A DNA stretch of 64,000 bases from Eledone cirrhosa (taxonomy: Eukaryota). Numbering within the stretch: the first letter of the stretch is position 1; the number at the start of each line of letters is the position of its first letter. Both the position numbers and the translations under genes were made by a program. The notes beneath the pieces were generated by a model that saw only the letters and a list, made by a program, of their open reading frames with translations, was not told the DNA's origin and searched no databases. The DNA is taken from NCBI GenBank assembly GCA_964016885.1, contig OZ024742.1, forward strand, positions 64,170,001-64,234,000, read 5' to 3'. Shown here piece by piece: positions 27,056-39,850 of the stretch.

Positions 27056-27234
27056 ATATCCTTTTTCTGAGGTAACCTACATTTAACCTACAATGTCCTG
27101 CTGTGGTAACCACCAGATCTTTTGGTAATAGTTTCTGATTTAGGCACAAGGTCAGCAATCTGTGGAGATGGGGAAAGTCAATTAAATCAACTCCAGCACT
27201 TAACTTGTACTTTATTTAGCCAATCCCAGAAGGG

Positions 27235-27570
27235 GACATGCTTACAAAATCAAAAAAACAGCACAGCTCCCATGACATTTGGAAACATTTTTTCACACTC
27301 AGAGTTGCTGAAGTAAGGAACAAACTACCTGCATAAGTTGTAAGTTGTCAGGACACTGCATCCATCAAAACTTCCATGCTTCCCGAAATTCGCCAACATT
27401 ACACCTGATATTCCCCTGCCATACACACGCACGCATGTGTCTGTGTGTATATCATGACTCTTACATTGTTCACTTTCCTGACATTTGTACATTATTCTAT
27501 GTACTATACATGCACCTTTGATGAGTTATAGTGCACCTGAGCACTGTACACAATAATTTTCATTATTATA
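27235..27570 (+). mobile_element. CR1-type LINE 3' fragment
   Basis: Homologous to 63300-63625. Confidence 0.85.
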
Positions 27571-27574
27571 TGAA

Positions 27575-27767
27575 CGGTTGGTGGATTGGCAGTATCGGTA
27601 AAGGGTCGGACGCCATGCTTTGACGCATAGTTACGGCCCTTGCCATTCTGAGTTCAAATCCCGCCGAGGTTAACTTTGCCTTTCATCCTTACGGGGTCGA
27701 TAAAATAAAGTACCAGTAATGCACTGTGGTAATTACTGGCCTTGTGCCAAAAGTAGAAACAATTATT
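27575..27767 (+). mobile_element. SINE family A
   Basis: Matches 15848-16036; TATATGAACGGTT occurs on both sides (likely TSD). Confidence 0.85.
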
Positions 27768-28155
27768 ATATGAACGGTTAAGTTACAGGATTTGAACTCA
27801 GATCATGAAGAACCAAGAACAAATACCGTAATGTATTTTTTCCAAACTCTGACGATTCTATCAATACTACCCTCAGATCTTTTAATAATATATAATTAGT
27901 CTACAAGAAAATACTCACACACACAGATATGCAGAGACATGCATACAGACACACACTGACATGCACACAGATATGCACACACATACATACATACACATAC
28001 ATACACATACATATGTACACAAGCTCATACACACACAGAGACAATTTTGGCTTATTGAAGTATGGCACGTCCACAGAGATGAGGCATACACACAGGTATT
28101 TGATTGGTTTACCTACATGCTGCAGGTATGTTTGATCAGAGCTTATTGAGATTAT

Positions 28156-28530
28156 GCAACAACAACAACAACCACAACCACAACCACAACAATCGCAACC
28201 ACAACAATCACAACCACAACCACAACCACAACAATCGCAACCACAACAATCACAACCACAACTACAACAACCACAACCATCACAACCACAACAACCGCAA
28301 CCACAACAACCGCAACCATCACAACCACAACCATCGCAACCACAACAACCACAACAATCACAACAATCGCAACTACAACCACAACAAATAACAGTGACAA
28401 CTACCACAACAGTAACAACTGTCACCACCATAACCACAACAATGACTATCACCTTCCCGACCATTACAACCACCACCATAACAACCACCATCATAACAAC
28501 AATAGCAATGATAACCACCACAACAATAAC
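28156..28530. repeat. (CAA/CCA)-rich trinucleotide low-complexity tract
   Basis: Open in nearly all frames as poly-Q/P, N/H, T, V or C. Confidence 0.9.
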
Positions 28531-29214
28531 TGATTCACCTGCAGTAAACAGCCTTTAACAGTACAATAGCTGATAGTTAATACTTCAGAAATCAATGTTT
28601 GACATGATTGCTTGCTGAGATAGATTAAATAAATAATAATTTCTTTGTTGAATTGACACAAGGCCAGTTTCATAAGGACAATAAAGAGAAAGGCAGGATG
28701 GCTGGGTGGTAATAAACAGCATGATTTACTCTGCTGTATGACTGGTATTAGTGTGTCAATGCCAGATGGAAGCTAAGTAAAATACTCCCTGTCAGGATTT
28801 AACTCACCGAAACAGTGACTTTCATAGTTTCTTCTCTCTCTCCACACACACAGTATGTATCCACCTCAACCTCCCAACACATCCACACTCACACACACAT
28901 AACTTTGTCTCCTCTTCATTGTCATTGTGCTTAGATATGCTTAAGCACAGGGCCCATCTTCCAGGGGGCCCCATCTTCCTGCCAAATGAATATTTCAAAT
29001 AACTTAACTAGCACAGGGCCTCATTTGTCCTAAATCCGGCACTGATTGTCAGTGACAACATACCCATGAAGCAGTCTTTCATTACCATAGTATTAAGTCT
29101 GTTGAATTAGTTCTATGTGATTTTTTTAACTCTTTTCTTACCATATTTTGAATAAAAGACACTGCCTACAATTTTCAAATCATTGTGAAAATAATCGAAT
29201 CAAAAATACTCACA

Positions 29215-29575
29215 AAGAGGATTAATGACACATTCATGCTAATGCTGAGAAAGGTCCAGAGCATATCCTGGAGAAATAAATCATGTAGCAAATAAACCAC
29301 TCTACAGCTCACATCTTTGCCTTACTGACATCATAAGGTGTATGGGGTTCGCATTAGCTGGACATGTGAAACATCACAATGAACCTGGTGGTAGAGTTCT
29401 TTTCTGGAAACCTGATGTGTGCAGATGAGTTGAGAGACCAACCCCATGCTGAAGGATGTTCTTGAAGATGACACTGGTTTGAGAGCAGGGGAAATTCAGG
29501 CAGCAATGCTTGATAGGGTGAGCTAGAAGAGGAACTTTGTCATGGCACTGGTAACAGATGTATAGAAGAAGAAAA
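29215..29575 (+). pseudogene. Decayed RTE/RTEX-like ORF C-terminal fragment
   Basis: Translates INDTFMLMLRKVQSISWR ... FALAGHVKHHNEP. Confidence 0.55.
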
Positions 29576-29749
29576 TGATCAAGAATTTGGAGTGATTTAG
29601 AAATATAACTGATTTTCTCATTATTAATCTAGTGTTTGGAACATAACTTAACAAAGTTCTTACATAAGGTTATGATGGAAGGTAAGGTTGTTGTACTGGT
29701 GCCATGACAACGCTGTAGGGTGGTCATGCTGGTGTCTCAAGAAGAAGCT

Positions 29750-31270
29750 CCCACCTCACCACCTGACCACCAACACCACCTCACCACCAACACCACCTCA
29801 CCACAAACACCACCTGACCACTAACACCACTAACACCACTAACACCACTAACACCACCAACACCACTAACACCACCACCACCAACACCAACACCACCAAC
29901 ACCACCACCAACACCACTAACACCACCAACACCACCTCACCACCAACACCACCTCACCACCAACACCACCTCACCACCAACACCACCTCACCACCAACAC
30001 CACCTCACCACCAACACCACCTCACCACCTCACCACCAACACTACCAACACCACTAACACCACCAACACCACTAACACCACCAACACCACTAACACCACC
30101 AACACCACTAACACCACCAACACCACTAACACCACCAACACCACTAACACCACCAACACCACCAACACCACTAACACCACCAACACCACCAACACCACCT
30201 CACCACCAACACCACCTCACCACCAACACCACCTCACCACCAACACCACCTCACCACCAACACCACCACCAACACCACCACCAACACCACCAACACCACC
30301 ACCAACACCACCTCACCACCTTACACCAACACCACTTCACGACCAACACCACCAACAACAACACCAACATCAGCAAGCTACCACTCAGTTGCTATTTTCT
30401 ATCCTCTAAACTTTCTTGGGAGGGTGGAGAGTCCAATTTCCCAGCCTTCTCCTCCACCCTACACAATCTTATCAACCCCCCCCCCCCCCCATTATATCTC
30501 TCTCACCTCCATACTTCACCTTTTCCAGAAGATTTTTCAATCTAATGTGAAATTGCCTTCCCTGACTTTGCACTCCCTCCCCACAAACAGTGTCCCTCCT
30601 CCACTCCTCTCACCCCTACACCTCCCAGTAATAACTCACACCCCTTACATACCCTACATACCGTCTTCTCTCCCTCTCTCTCTCCCTCTCTTTCTCTCTC
30701 TCTCTTTCTCTCACTCTCTCTCCTCCCCCCCCCCTCTCTCCAATTTAAATTGAACCCCACAAGTTCATCACTTAAGGCTATTTACAACATTAGCAATTTC
30801 CTGACTCCTGATCACATCTCTAACAATTGCAGTTCACCCCCACCCTCCCACCACACCACACTGTACCCTCTCATCTCTCCACCCAACCCTCCCACTAGCA
30901 ACCTCCCACCACACTACCTTCACATCTCTCCACCCAACCCTCCCACTACACCACACTGTACCCTCTCATCTCTCCACCCAACCCTCCCACTAGCAACCTC
31001 CCACCACACTACCTTCACATCTCTCCACCCAACCCTCCCACCACACCACACTGTACCCTCTCATCTCTCCACCCAACCCTCCCACCACACCACCATTACA
31101 CCACACTATACCCTTTCATCTCTCCACACCACCCTCCCACCACTTCAATCTCCCACCACACCACCCTTCCACCACTGCAACCTTTTACCACACCACTCCA
31201 CCCTGTTCCACCATTCCATCGCCACACCACTCCACCCTCACACCACACCACTCCACCCTCCCACTCTGCA
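29750..31270. repeat. C/A-rich microsatellite (CAC/CAA/CTAACAC) and C-rich tandem repeats
   Basis: Trinucleotide-based array 29750-30370; duplicated ~90-bp C-rich units 30840-31090. Confidence 0.9.
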
Positions 31271-31392
31271 CCTACTGTTGCCAACAACTGCATACAACTG
31301 CAGATGATTGAATGCTCAGCTGCAGCATCTTAATAAAATATTTTTCTTCATTTCATTTGCTTGGAACTAGAAGCCCTTCATCCCATCCCCAA

Positions 31393-31395
31393 ACA

Positions 31396-31492
<97 letters not shown>

Positions 31493-31501
31493 ACACACAC
31501 C
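31393..31501. repeat. (CA)n microsatellite
   Basis: Direct observation. Confidence 0.97.
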
Positions 31502-32206
31502 AATATCTAGTGATGGGACATTACTCCCAAAGTGTAATATAGCTCTCTTCCATCACCCCCCCCTCCCTACATACACACAACATAATATATCTCTAGTGAT
31601 GGGACATTACTCCCCAATATTCAATATAGCCCCTCTCCCCTCCACCAAATCTCCCCCCCCCATACACCCACAGAACCACAGATTACTATATATGTCTGGT
31701 GTTGGGACATTACCTTGCAAAATGTAATATAATCCCCTCCATCAATACCCAAAATTCCAATTTTCTATATATGTGATTGGCCAACCATTTCAGATAATCT
31801 TGGAGGTATGGCAGAAGTGATGAGAATGTCAGATGAAATTCCAGATATAATTTAGTTTTGTATCTGTATGTCCTGAGTTCAAGTCCTGCCAACATTGAAT
31901 TTATCTTTCATCTGTCTGTATGGCGTTGATGAATTTATCACCATACAAGGACCTTGGGTTGGCTTCATTGAATTCACTCCACTATTACCTTCCCACACTT
32001 CAAAACCCCTATCGGTTTGTCGGGCTAACTTAAACATTCAGTGTTTTATAACATATTAAATGGTGAGTTTACTCACCTATACATGTGTATCTGTGTCTAT
32101 ATCATGACTGATACACTGTTCACTTTCCTGACATTTGTACATTATTCTATGTACTATACATACACCTTTGATGAGTTGTAGTGTACATTATTATTATTAT
32201 TTTACA

Positions 32207-32405
32207 GAGGCGGTGGATTGGCAATATTCATAGAGGGTCAGACACCATGCTTTGACGCATAGAGTTACGGCCCTTGCCATTCTGAGTTCAAATCCTGCCG
32301 AGGTTGACTTTGCCTTTCATCCTTATGTGGTCGATAAAATAAAGTACAAGTAATGCACTGGGAAATTGCTGGCCTTGTGCCAAAAGTAGAAACAATTATT
32401 ATTAT
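32207..32405 (+). mobile_element. SINE family A, preceded by a CR1 3' UTR scrap at 32080-32200
   Basis: Matches other family A copies. Confidence 0.85.
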
Positions 32406-32876
32406 TTTACATTTGTTAAATAGTAGCAGACTATACAATATATTAATTAGCAATAGACTATATATATAAAAAAAAAATTTGTCAATTGACTTTCGTCAAA
32501 TCGGACCGAGGAAACAATGTTTCCGTTGGTTTTTCCAATTGCTAGTACTATCTATCGGTCGCAACTCCAGGTAGAAGGAGCAACATGAAATAAAGTGTCT
32601 TGCTCAAGGACATACGCATCGCCCGGTCCAGGAATCGAACTGACAACCTCACGATTGCAAATCCAGTTCTCTAACCAATCAGCCACATGCCTTCACAGAC
32701 TATATATAATATATCAGTAATAGTCTATATAATATATTAGTTAGCAGTAAACTATATAATATATATTAGTTAGCAATAGGCTATATAATATATTAGTTAT
32801 CAAAAGACTGTACAGTTAAGTCTTAGTTAGCAGTAGACTATAGAGTTAAGTATTAGTTAGCAATATGCTATATAAT

Positions 32877-33525
32877 ATGAGGTTTGACCAAAAAGTAAGG
32901 GTAATAATGTTTTATTTAAATGTATATTAAACATATGAAATTACAAGTTATCTCCTTCAAAATACAACCATTGAGAAGTCACACAGTGGTTCCAACTTTT
33001 TTCCATTGATCATAGCAGTATCAGAAGTCATTTTCTGTGAATGTCCTTAGCTCATTGGTTACAATTTTTTGTATGTTTTCCACAATCCCAAAATGACGAC
33101 CCTTCAACTTCAATTTCAACTTAGAGAAGAGGGAGAAATTACATGGAGCTATATCTGAGTTGTAGAGAAGGTGTGCAACAGTTGAAATGTTTTTCTTTGC
33201 TAGAAATTCTCTAATTGAAAGTGCTGTGTGAGCAGGCATGATATCATGGTGCAGTACCCAATCTCCTACAATGTCCTTTCAGACTCGCTGGACCCATTTT
33301 TGAAGTTGTTTCAAGACATCTTTGTAGTAGGTGTGATTAACTGTCCGTCCTGGAGCATCGTTTACACCCTGGATCTGCTCATGCATACTTTCTTCAGACA
33401 AGGAGAATTTTTCATGTGCCTCTCCTCACTTTATCATTTTGTCTCTAAATCATACTCAAACACCCATGATTCATCTCCTGTTATTACTTTATCCAAGAAA
33501 CTGAAGATATCCAAAATAATTTAAG
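32877..33525 (-). pseudogene. Mariner (DD34D) transposase C-terminal relic with one terminus
   Basis: PAHTALSIREFLAKK...HLLYNSDIAPCNFSLFSKLK resembles HDNAPAH...HPPYSPDLAPCDF.LF.KLK; TIR-like TATGAGGTTTGACCAAAAAGTAAG at ~32877. Confidence 0.85.
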
Positions 33526-34458
33526 CCATCAAAACCTGACATCTGTAGAGATTGCTATAGATGCTAAAGGTGTTTAACTCATCACACCCTAACATCTATT
33601 GGGAGCTATCTCTTCATTTCTTAAGTCATAGCTATATCTACCATGCAGTCCAAAGCAGCTATCATGATGTTGCCCAACATGTTCATTGAAGTCATCAGCC
33701 AGGATGATGAAATTTCTATCATGTTATTTTAGTTGTCTGGAAAAGGTCCTCATAAAAATAATTCTTTTGTTATTTTAGTCCTAATCGTAGTGCTTAGGTA
33801 AAGATAACTGTTATCGTTCTATTTCTTATGACCGCACACACACACACGCACGCGCGCATATTTGCAAATAATTGATTGTGAAAAATTGCATGTTCTTCAT
33901 ACACCCATGCAAAATCTTGGACACATCATGAGTGTTGTATCCTGAAGTCACTGGGTGTTTCAGATCTTACATATACCCTCATCCAGGTAATCTAACTGAG
34001 GCTATCCATACATACCACTGGACCCACCAATCACTTCTCTTCAGCCATAACCATCTAGATGCCCTCTTTGCTACTTCCATGTTTTTGATGGCTCTCCTTC
34101 TGCTTGCTCCCATAATGCCCAGAGCTCCATAGACTCTTATCCAAGCATTACATGTGGAATTTCCAATGTTATTTTGAAAACCATAAGATTGTTCATAACT
34201 TTATAAGGAAACATGAAATTCATCATTTCTTTTTAAATTGTATGTTTTTTTAAGTGTTTGTCTTTCAAGATAGTGTAAAAGACGACATACATGGCACTAA
34301 CATACCATTGAGATGATGTTAAACACTAACATGCCAATGGTACACTATTGATATGGTATTAAAGACCAGATAACTAACACTGACACTATATTCTTTATTA
34401 TATGCTTATCAAGTCTTCTACCCTCAGAGTTGTTATCTATTATTTTGATCTTTATATA

Positions 34459-34656
34459 GAGGGCAGTGGATTGGCAGTATCTGTAGAGTGTCAGACAACA
34501 TGCTTTGCAGCATTGAGATGCGGCCCTTTACGTTCTGAGTTCAAATACTTACGGGGTCGATAAAATAAAGTACCAGTAACGCACTAGGGTTGATTTAATC
34601 AAATATCCTCCTCTCCTTCAAATTGCTGGCCTTCTGCCTAAAGTAAAAACAATTAT
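34459..34656 (+). mobile_element. SINE family A (internal deletion)
   Basis: Matches family A. Confidence 0.8.
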
Positions 34657-34980
34657 TTTTATCTTTCCCTCAAGTAATAAAAATGCTCTAAACAGAGTTA
34701 CATAAGAAAATGCTAGTTCATTATTCTTTCTCTTCCCATTGTGACTATGTTATTAAAATCATTGAAAAGAGTTGAAATAATATCTTTTATATAATACTAA
34801 ATGTTTGTTAGTTGGGTGGCTGGCTCGCTGGTTAGTTGGTTGATCACACTTATAGAGAGGAGCGAGATACAGAGAGAATTAACATTAGGGTTGAAGGAGG
34901 AGTGTACATACTGACCAAAGTAGCAGATAAAGAGTGAAAGAGATAGAGATGATCAAGCACTAATGTGTGCGCGCACACAC

Positions 34981-35012
<32 letters not shown>

Positions 35013-35629
35013 GTAAATGTCATCTGCTGAGCATTTGTATAAATGTTATCTTCTCACCTTTTGGCAAATGGAATTAACATATATAAAAATATATATATTC
35101 CTTTTCTCAATTTTTGTTTGTTTTCTCTTTCTTAAATCATTGTTTAATTACTACTATATTTGTAGTGTATATTAGATTCATCATTTAAAAAAATCTACAG
35201 TGAAATATATATTTGACATGTTTACATATTTAATGTGTATATACACTCATTTACACAGTATTAGTTAATCCTGTACAGTACCATCATTATTATCATCATC
35301 ATCACGACTGTTATTTAACATTGCAGATTAAATTAGTATTTAATCAGAGCTACTGACCTCTCAGATAGGTCAGGGCCTGCATCTTGCTTACATATGTTTC
35401 TGCAATATACAGTTTGCACCAGGTGCATTTTATCATGGTTATGTACAGATATGTATTGTATATTTGTAATGTAACAGGCTTAGTGAATTTATTTTTTATT
35501 TATTTATACATTTATATTTATTTACCTACTGTTACTCAGTGTTAATTGTAAGCTTCCAAATTTATCTGTCATTTGATGGATAACACTCTAGTATATAAAG
35601 AAGTTAAAAGTTAAAGTCTAGCCCACACC

Positions 35630-35885
35630 CAGTGACTCATCAGGCCAGAGCTTACCCCAGTTTCCTTGGCATTAAGCAGGTGAGAGTACACCTGGACAGA
35701 CAACCAGTTCATCGCAGTGTTACCTCCCAGCTACTGCTGGTACCCATTTTCAGCTGAGTATACTGGAGCAACATGAAAATGAAGTGTTTTACTCAAGAAC
35801 ACAATGTGCCACGCAATCCAGTAGTAAAATGTATGACATTATGATCGTAAGTCCAACACTCTAACCACAAGGCCATGCATCTTCA
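35630..35885 (-). mobile_element. SINE family B-related copy with a different tail
   Basis: cagctgagta.actggagcaac.tgaaa..aagtgt.tt.ctcaag body and tRNA-like head. Confidence 0.75.
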
Positions 35886-35890
35886 CTGTA

Positions 35891-35968
<78 letters not shown>

Positions 35969-36070
35969 TGTATATATAGTGTATTTTGCAATACGCTGTA
36001 TGCTTAATTAAAAGCATTTCGAAGACCTTACGCTATTGTTTTAGAGTAGTGGCAGTCTCACTTACTTTAA

Positions 36071-36165
36071 ATTTTCAGCAAACAGGGGAGATAAAGCTGA
36101 CAGAGCTCTGTTTCGTACTGATTGGTACTTATCAAAGCCAAGTACTCCACCTGTTTGCTGAAAAT
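36071..36165 (-). ncRNA. Inverted copy of the U3-A8 hammerhead
   Basis: Reverse complement of 36391-36485. Confidence 0.8.
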
Positions 36166-36390
36166 CATGAATGTAAGTGAAACTGTCACTACTCTAAAAC
36201 AATAGCGTAAGGTCTTCGAAATGGTTTTAATTAAGCATACAGTGTATTTCAAAGTACACTATATATACATTCATATATATATATAGCTATTTCAGAGCAC
36301 CAATTCCAATTTTCAATTTCTGACCGGCAACCTCTCTGTATAATCAGTTCCTGATTATTACTAGAATTCTATAAGAATCAAACTTTCATG

Positions 36391-36485
36391 ATTTTCAGCA
36401 AACAGGTGGAGTACTTGGCTTTGATAAGTACCAATCAGTACGAAACAGAGCTCTGTCAGCTTTATCTCCCCTGTTTGCTGAAAAT
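36391..36485 (+). ncRNA. Type I hammerhead ribozyme, U3-A8 core variant, extended stem I
   Basis: gct-TTGATAA-gtac caatca gtac-GAAAC-agagctct-GTC-agc, enclosed by attttcagcaaacagg / cctgtttgctgaaaat. Confidence 0.8.
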
Positions 36486-36615
36486 TTAAAGTGAGACTGT
36501 CACTATTCTAAAACAATAGCGTAAGGTCTTCGAAATGCTTTTAATTAAGCATACAGTGTATTGCAAAATACACTATATATACATTCATATATATATCGCT
36601 ATTTCAGAGCACCAA

Positions 36616-36671
<56 letters not shown>

Positions 36672-36739
36672 TATGTATTAGAAAGTGAGGTTTTTTTCAC
36701 AAAATGAAAAATAACCGAGGTGTCCTACACGGGTGAAAG

Positions 36740-37247
36740 TATAAGGAAAAAAAAATGAAATCGAAAATGCAACTGGAGTCTTTTTTTATAAAAAAATATA
36801 TTTGGTTCCTTTACTGGTTTCGCTGTTCTTCTTACTTTTATGTAAAAACAAATTCAAACACAAACTGGCGCGAAAGCTGATGTGCTTATTCACGTGACTG
36901 CATCAACCAACCAAACTTCACTCATATATGAAAAAAACAACCTGAGCCCCCCCCCTGTTTGAAGAACTTTGTAATGCGAACTGGCGCGAAATTATTATAC
37001 TTATTCACCAACCAACCAAATTACTTCTCTAAAAACCTGGCATTTCGAGCCACTTTTTTCCATATAAAACAGAAGTAACATTCAAAAACCAACCAGATGT
37101 GAGAAAAACCACAGACCCTCCATCTCAACTCCACTTTTGAAAAGCAGAAAAGAACTGCGAAACCGGTAAAGGAACTAAATAAATATATATTTTTTTATAA
37201 AAAAAGACTGCAGTTGCATTTTCGATTTCACCTTTTTTCCTTATTTA
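36740..37247. mobile_element. Inverted-repeat element (family D) with hammerhead motif
   Basis: 36740-36840 imperfectly complements 37140-37247; TA tracts on both sides. Confidence 0.75.
37130..37173 (+). ncRNA. Minimal hammerhead motif, U3-A8 variant
   Basis: ctt-TTGAAAA-gcag aaaagaa ctgc-GAAAC-cg-GTA-aag; palindromic stem III ACCGGT; AATAAA just downstream. Confidence 0.65.
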
Positions 37248-37437
37248 TATATATATATATATATATAGGAAAAAGTATGACCCCGACGGCAGAACTCAAG
37301 CCGTTTCGACAGCTATTTCTGGACTTTTTCCTATTTCCCACTCTACTACCCTAAGTATTGAGTACCCTGGTGCGTTATGGTCCATCTGGTTCCTTACCAC
37401 AATTCCTTTGTTATATATATATATATATATATATATA

Positions 37438-37479
<42 letters not shown>

Positions 37480-37618
37480 TATGTAATGTGTGTGTTTATC
37501 AATATACAGGGAAAACCACCAGTGTATGGAATCTATAAACTAAGAAATGTGAGGTAGACGCATAATAATTAAAAATATAAATCAGAATGAATTTACCCAC
37601 CTTTATAACTATATATCA

Positions 37619-37668
37619 CACACGTACAAACTCAAAGAGATTTGTTTCGCCAGGTTCATCAGCATGTG
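37619..37668 (-). ncRNA. Type I hammerhead motif with very short stem II
   Basis: Minus strand cacatg-CTGATGA-acctggc-GAAAC-aaatctctttgagttt-GTA-cgtgtg. Confidence 0.6.
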
Positions 37669-38449
37669 GTAAGTGAATACATTCCAGACAACTCTAAGGG
37701 AACTAAATTTTCTTTAATGTAAATAAAATTAATTTCTTAGTCATATGCTTTTCATTTATAAACTTGAATTAACCCCAGAATTTCTTAGAATCTCCCTTAA
37801 ATATGCAAAATTTCTACTACTTCAAAATAAATAAAATCAATTTCATAGCCCTATATGTTTCATTTGTAAATTTGAAATAACCCCAAATTTTCTTAAAATC
37901 TCCCTTTCAGCATTGATGAAAATACTGCATCAGAAAATTCTCTTTGTATCTCTGTCCTACCATATGTTTTCAGAGTTTTTTCACTTCTTCTGTAAAAACA
38001 ATCATCTGGCTGCCTATCCTATCGTAACAGAAAATTTGACTAGAAAACACGTATCCTAAAGATATTGGTGCACAGCTAGATGCAAAGGGCACCCAAGCTA
38101 CCTTAAAGCTAAAGTCCTTAAATAGCGACGTTTCAATAGTGACGTCTAAATAATTAACCTTGTTATTTTCAGTCCTAACAATGGAATGAAATTAAAGACA
38201 TTATCTATATTATTCTGCTACTATATGACTACATGTGTGTGTGTGTGTGTGTGTCTTGCTACAGCAATATATATGTGTGTGTGTATGTGTGTCTGTTACC
38301 ATAGCAATATGTGTGCATATGTCTAACACACTATGTGTATGTGTTGGGGCTGTATCTCTACATGTCTCCACATTGATACTGCTTGGACTGCTGAGGGTGT
38401 TTATTTGTTCTGCATAAACACCATGTTTTGCAACTTATAGTATACAATG

Positions 38450-38745
38450 GCAACAACACCACCATCACCATGACCACCACCACCACCAACAACATCACCA
38501 CCATCACTGTTATCACCAACAACACCACCATTACCATTACAACCACTAACATCAACAATACCATCATCACAATCGCCACCACCAAAAACAACACCACCAT
38601 TACCATTACAACCACTAACATCAACAATACCATCACCAGCACCACCACCAACAACAACACCACCATTACAACCACTAACATCAACAATACCATCACCATC
38701 ATCAACACCATCATCACCACAACCACTAACAACAATAACAACATT
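38450..38745. repeat. (CAC/CAA/CAT) trinucleotide tract
   Basis: Direct observation. Confidence 0.9.
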
Positions 38746-39850
38746 CAGTTCCTATGAAAATGGACAAGCACTGTCTTCTAAGACTTATGTTTAAATATTG
38801 TTTCCTAAAACCAGTCATTCTTCTGAAGTTGGCTATTTCCAAAGTAGAGGGTGGTTGCTGACTAGTTTCATTATTTGATGGTGGAGATGAGCTGGTAGTT
38901 CTCACATCTTTTGTGAGTCATTTCAAGAAATGAGTAATTTCATGCAACATGCAACATATTTTCCAACTCAACAAACCTCCACCTTGTCACACCAAACACA
39001 TAAATAAAATACAAGCATAAATAAATGAAGGCATTTTTATTGGTTACTTGGGGTTTATTTTTGGTTATTTTATATCATTTTTAGCTGCTAATAATTATGG
39101 GATTCTTTCTTTATTGGAAGAGCATCTAGTTACTAACCACTCAGCTATGAAAGAATACTGGAATTAAGATGATAACATCAACATCATCATCACTAGTTTA
39201 CATCTATTTTCAATGCTTGCATGGGTTAAAAGGGTTGTCAGATTCTGGGGCTTGGCAGGTCAGATGAATGTCTTTCTTTATAAATTCCATTCTAGCATTC
39301 TAGCATGGTTTTTACAGTTGAATGCTCTTCCTAACACCAACCATTTCACAGTGTGTACTGGGTGTATTTTCTTATGATACTACCACAGCCACATAAGGTG
39401 AATTGGATTCTTTTTTTTTTATTGTGGTACCAGCCCTGTAACAATAATAATGGCTTCTAATTTAGGTATGAGGCCAGCTATTTTATGGGGAACGGAAAGT
39501 GAATTGACCCCAGTATTCGATTGGTACTATAATATATTGACCCCGGAAAGATAAAAGGCAAAATTGACCTCAGCAGGATTTGAAATCAGAATGTAAAGAA
39601 CTGTAACAAATGCTATAAGCATTTTGTGAGATGCTGTAATGATTCTCCCAATCTAGCATTTTGATAACAAAAATAAGGGTTTCTAATTTTGACATGAGAT
39701 CAGCAATTTTTGGAGGTTAATTAAATCAATCTCAGTACTTGATTGGTATTATATTTTGTTATACCCAGATGTTGACCTCGGCAGCATTTGAACTCTGAGC
39801 ATATAGAGTTGAAACAAAAGCTGCTAAGTATTTTGTGCAATATATATATA

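Larger units (their letters stand above)
35961..36620. mobile_element. Complex fold-back hammerhead element (family C) between (TA)n tracts
   Basis: 35961-36169 is the inverse of 36386-36595; a third copy of the tail lies at 36174-36310. Confidence 0.85.

Noticed and set aside
28104-30545. Poly-Q/P, poly-T/H and Cys-rich (metallothionein-like) ORFs
   Set aside because: Trinucleotide repeats open in most frames on both strands; no exon evidence.
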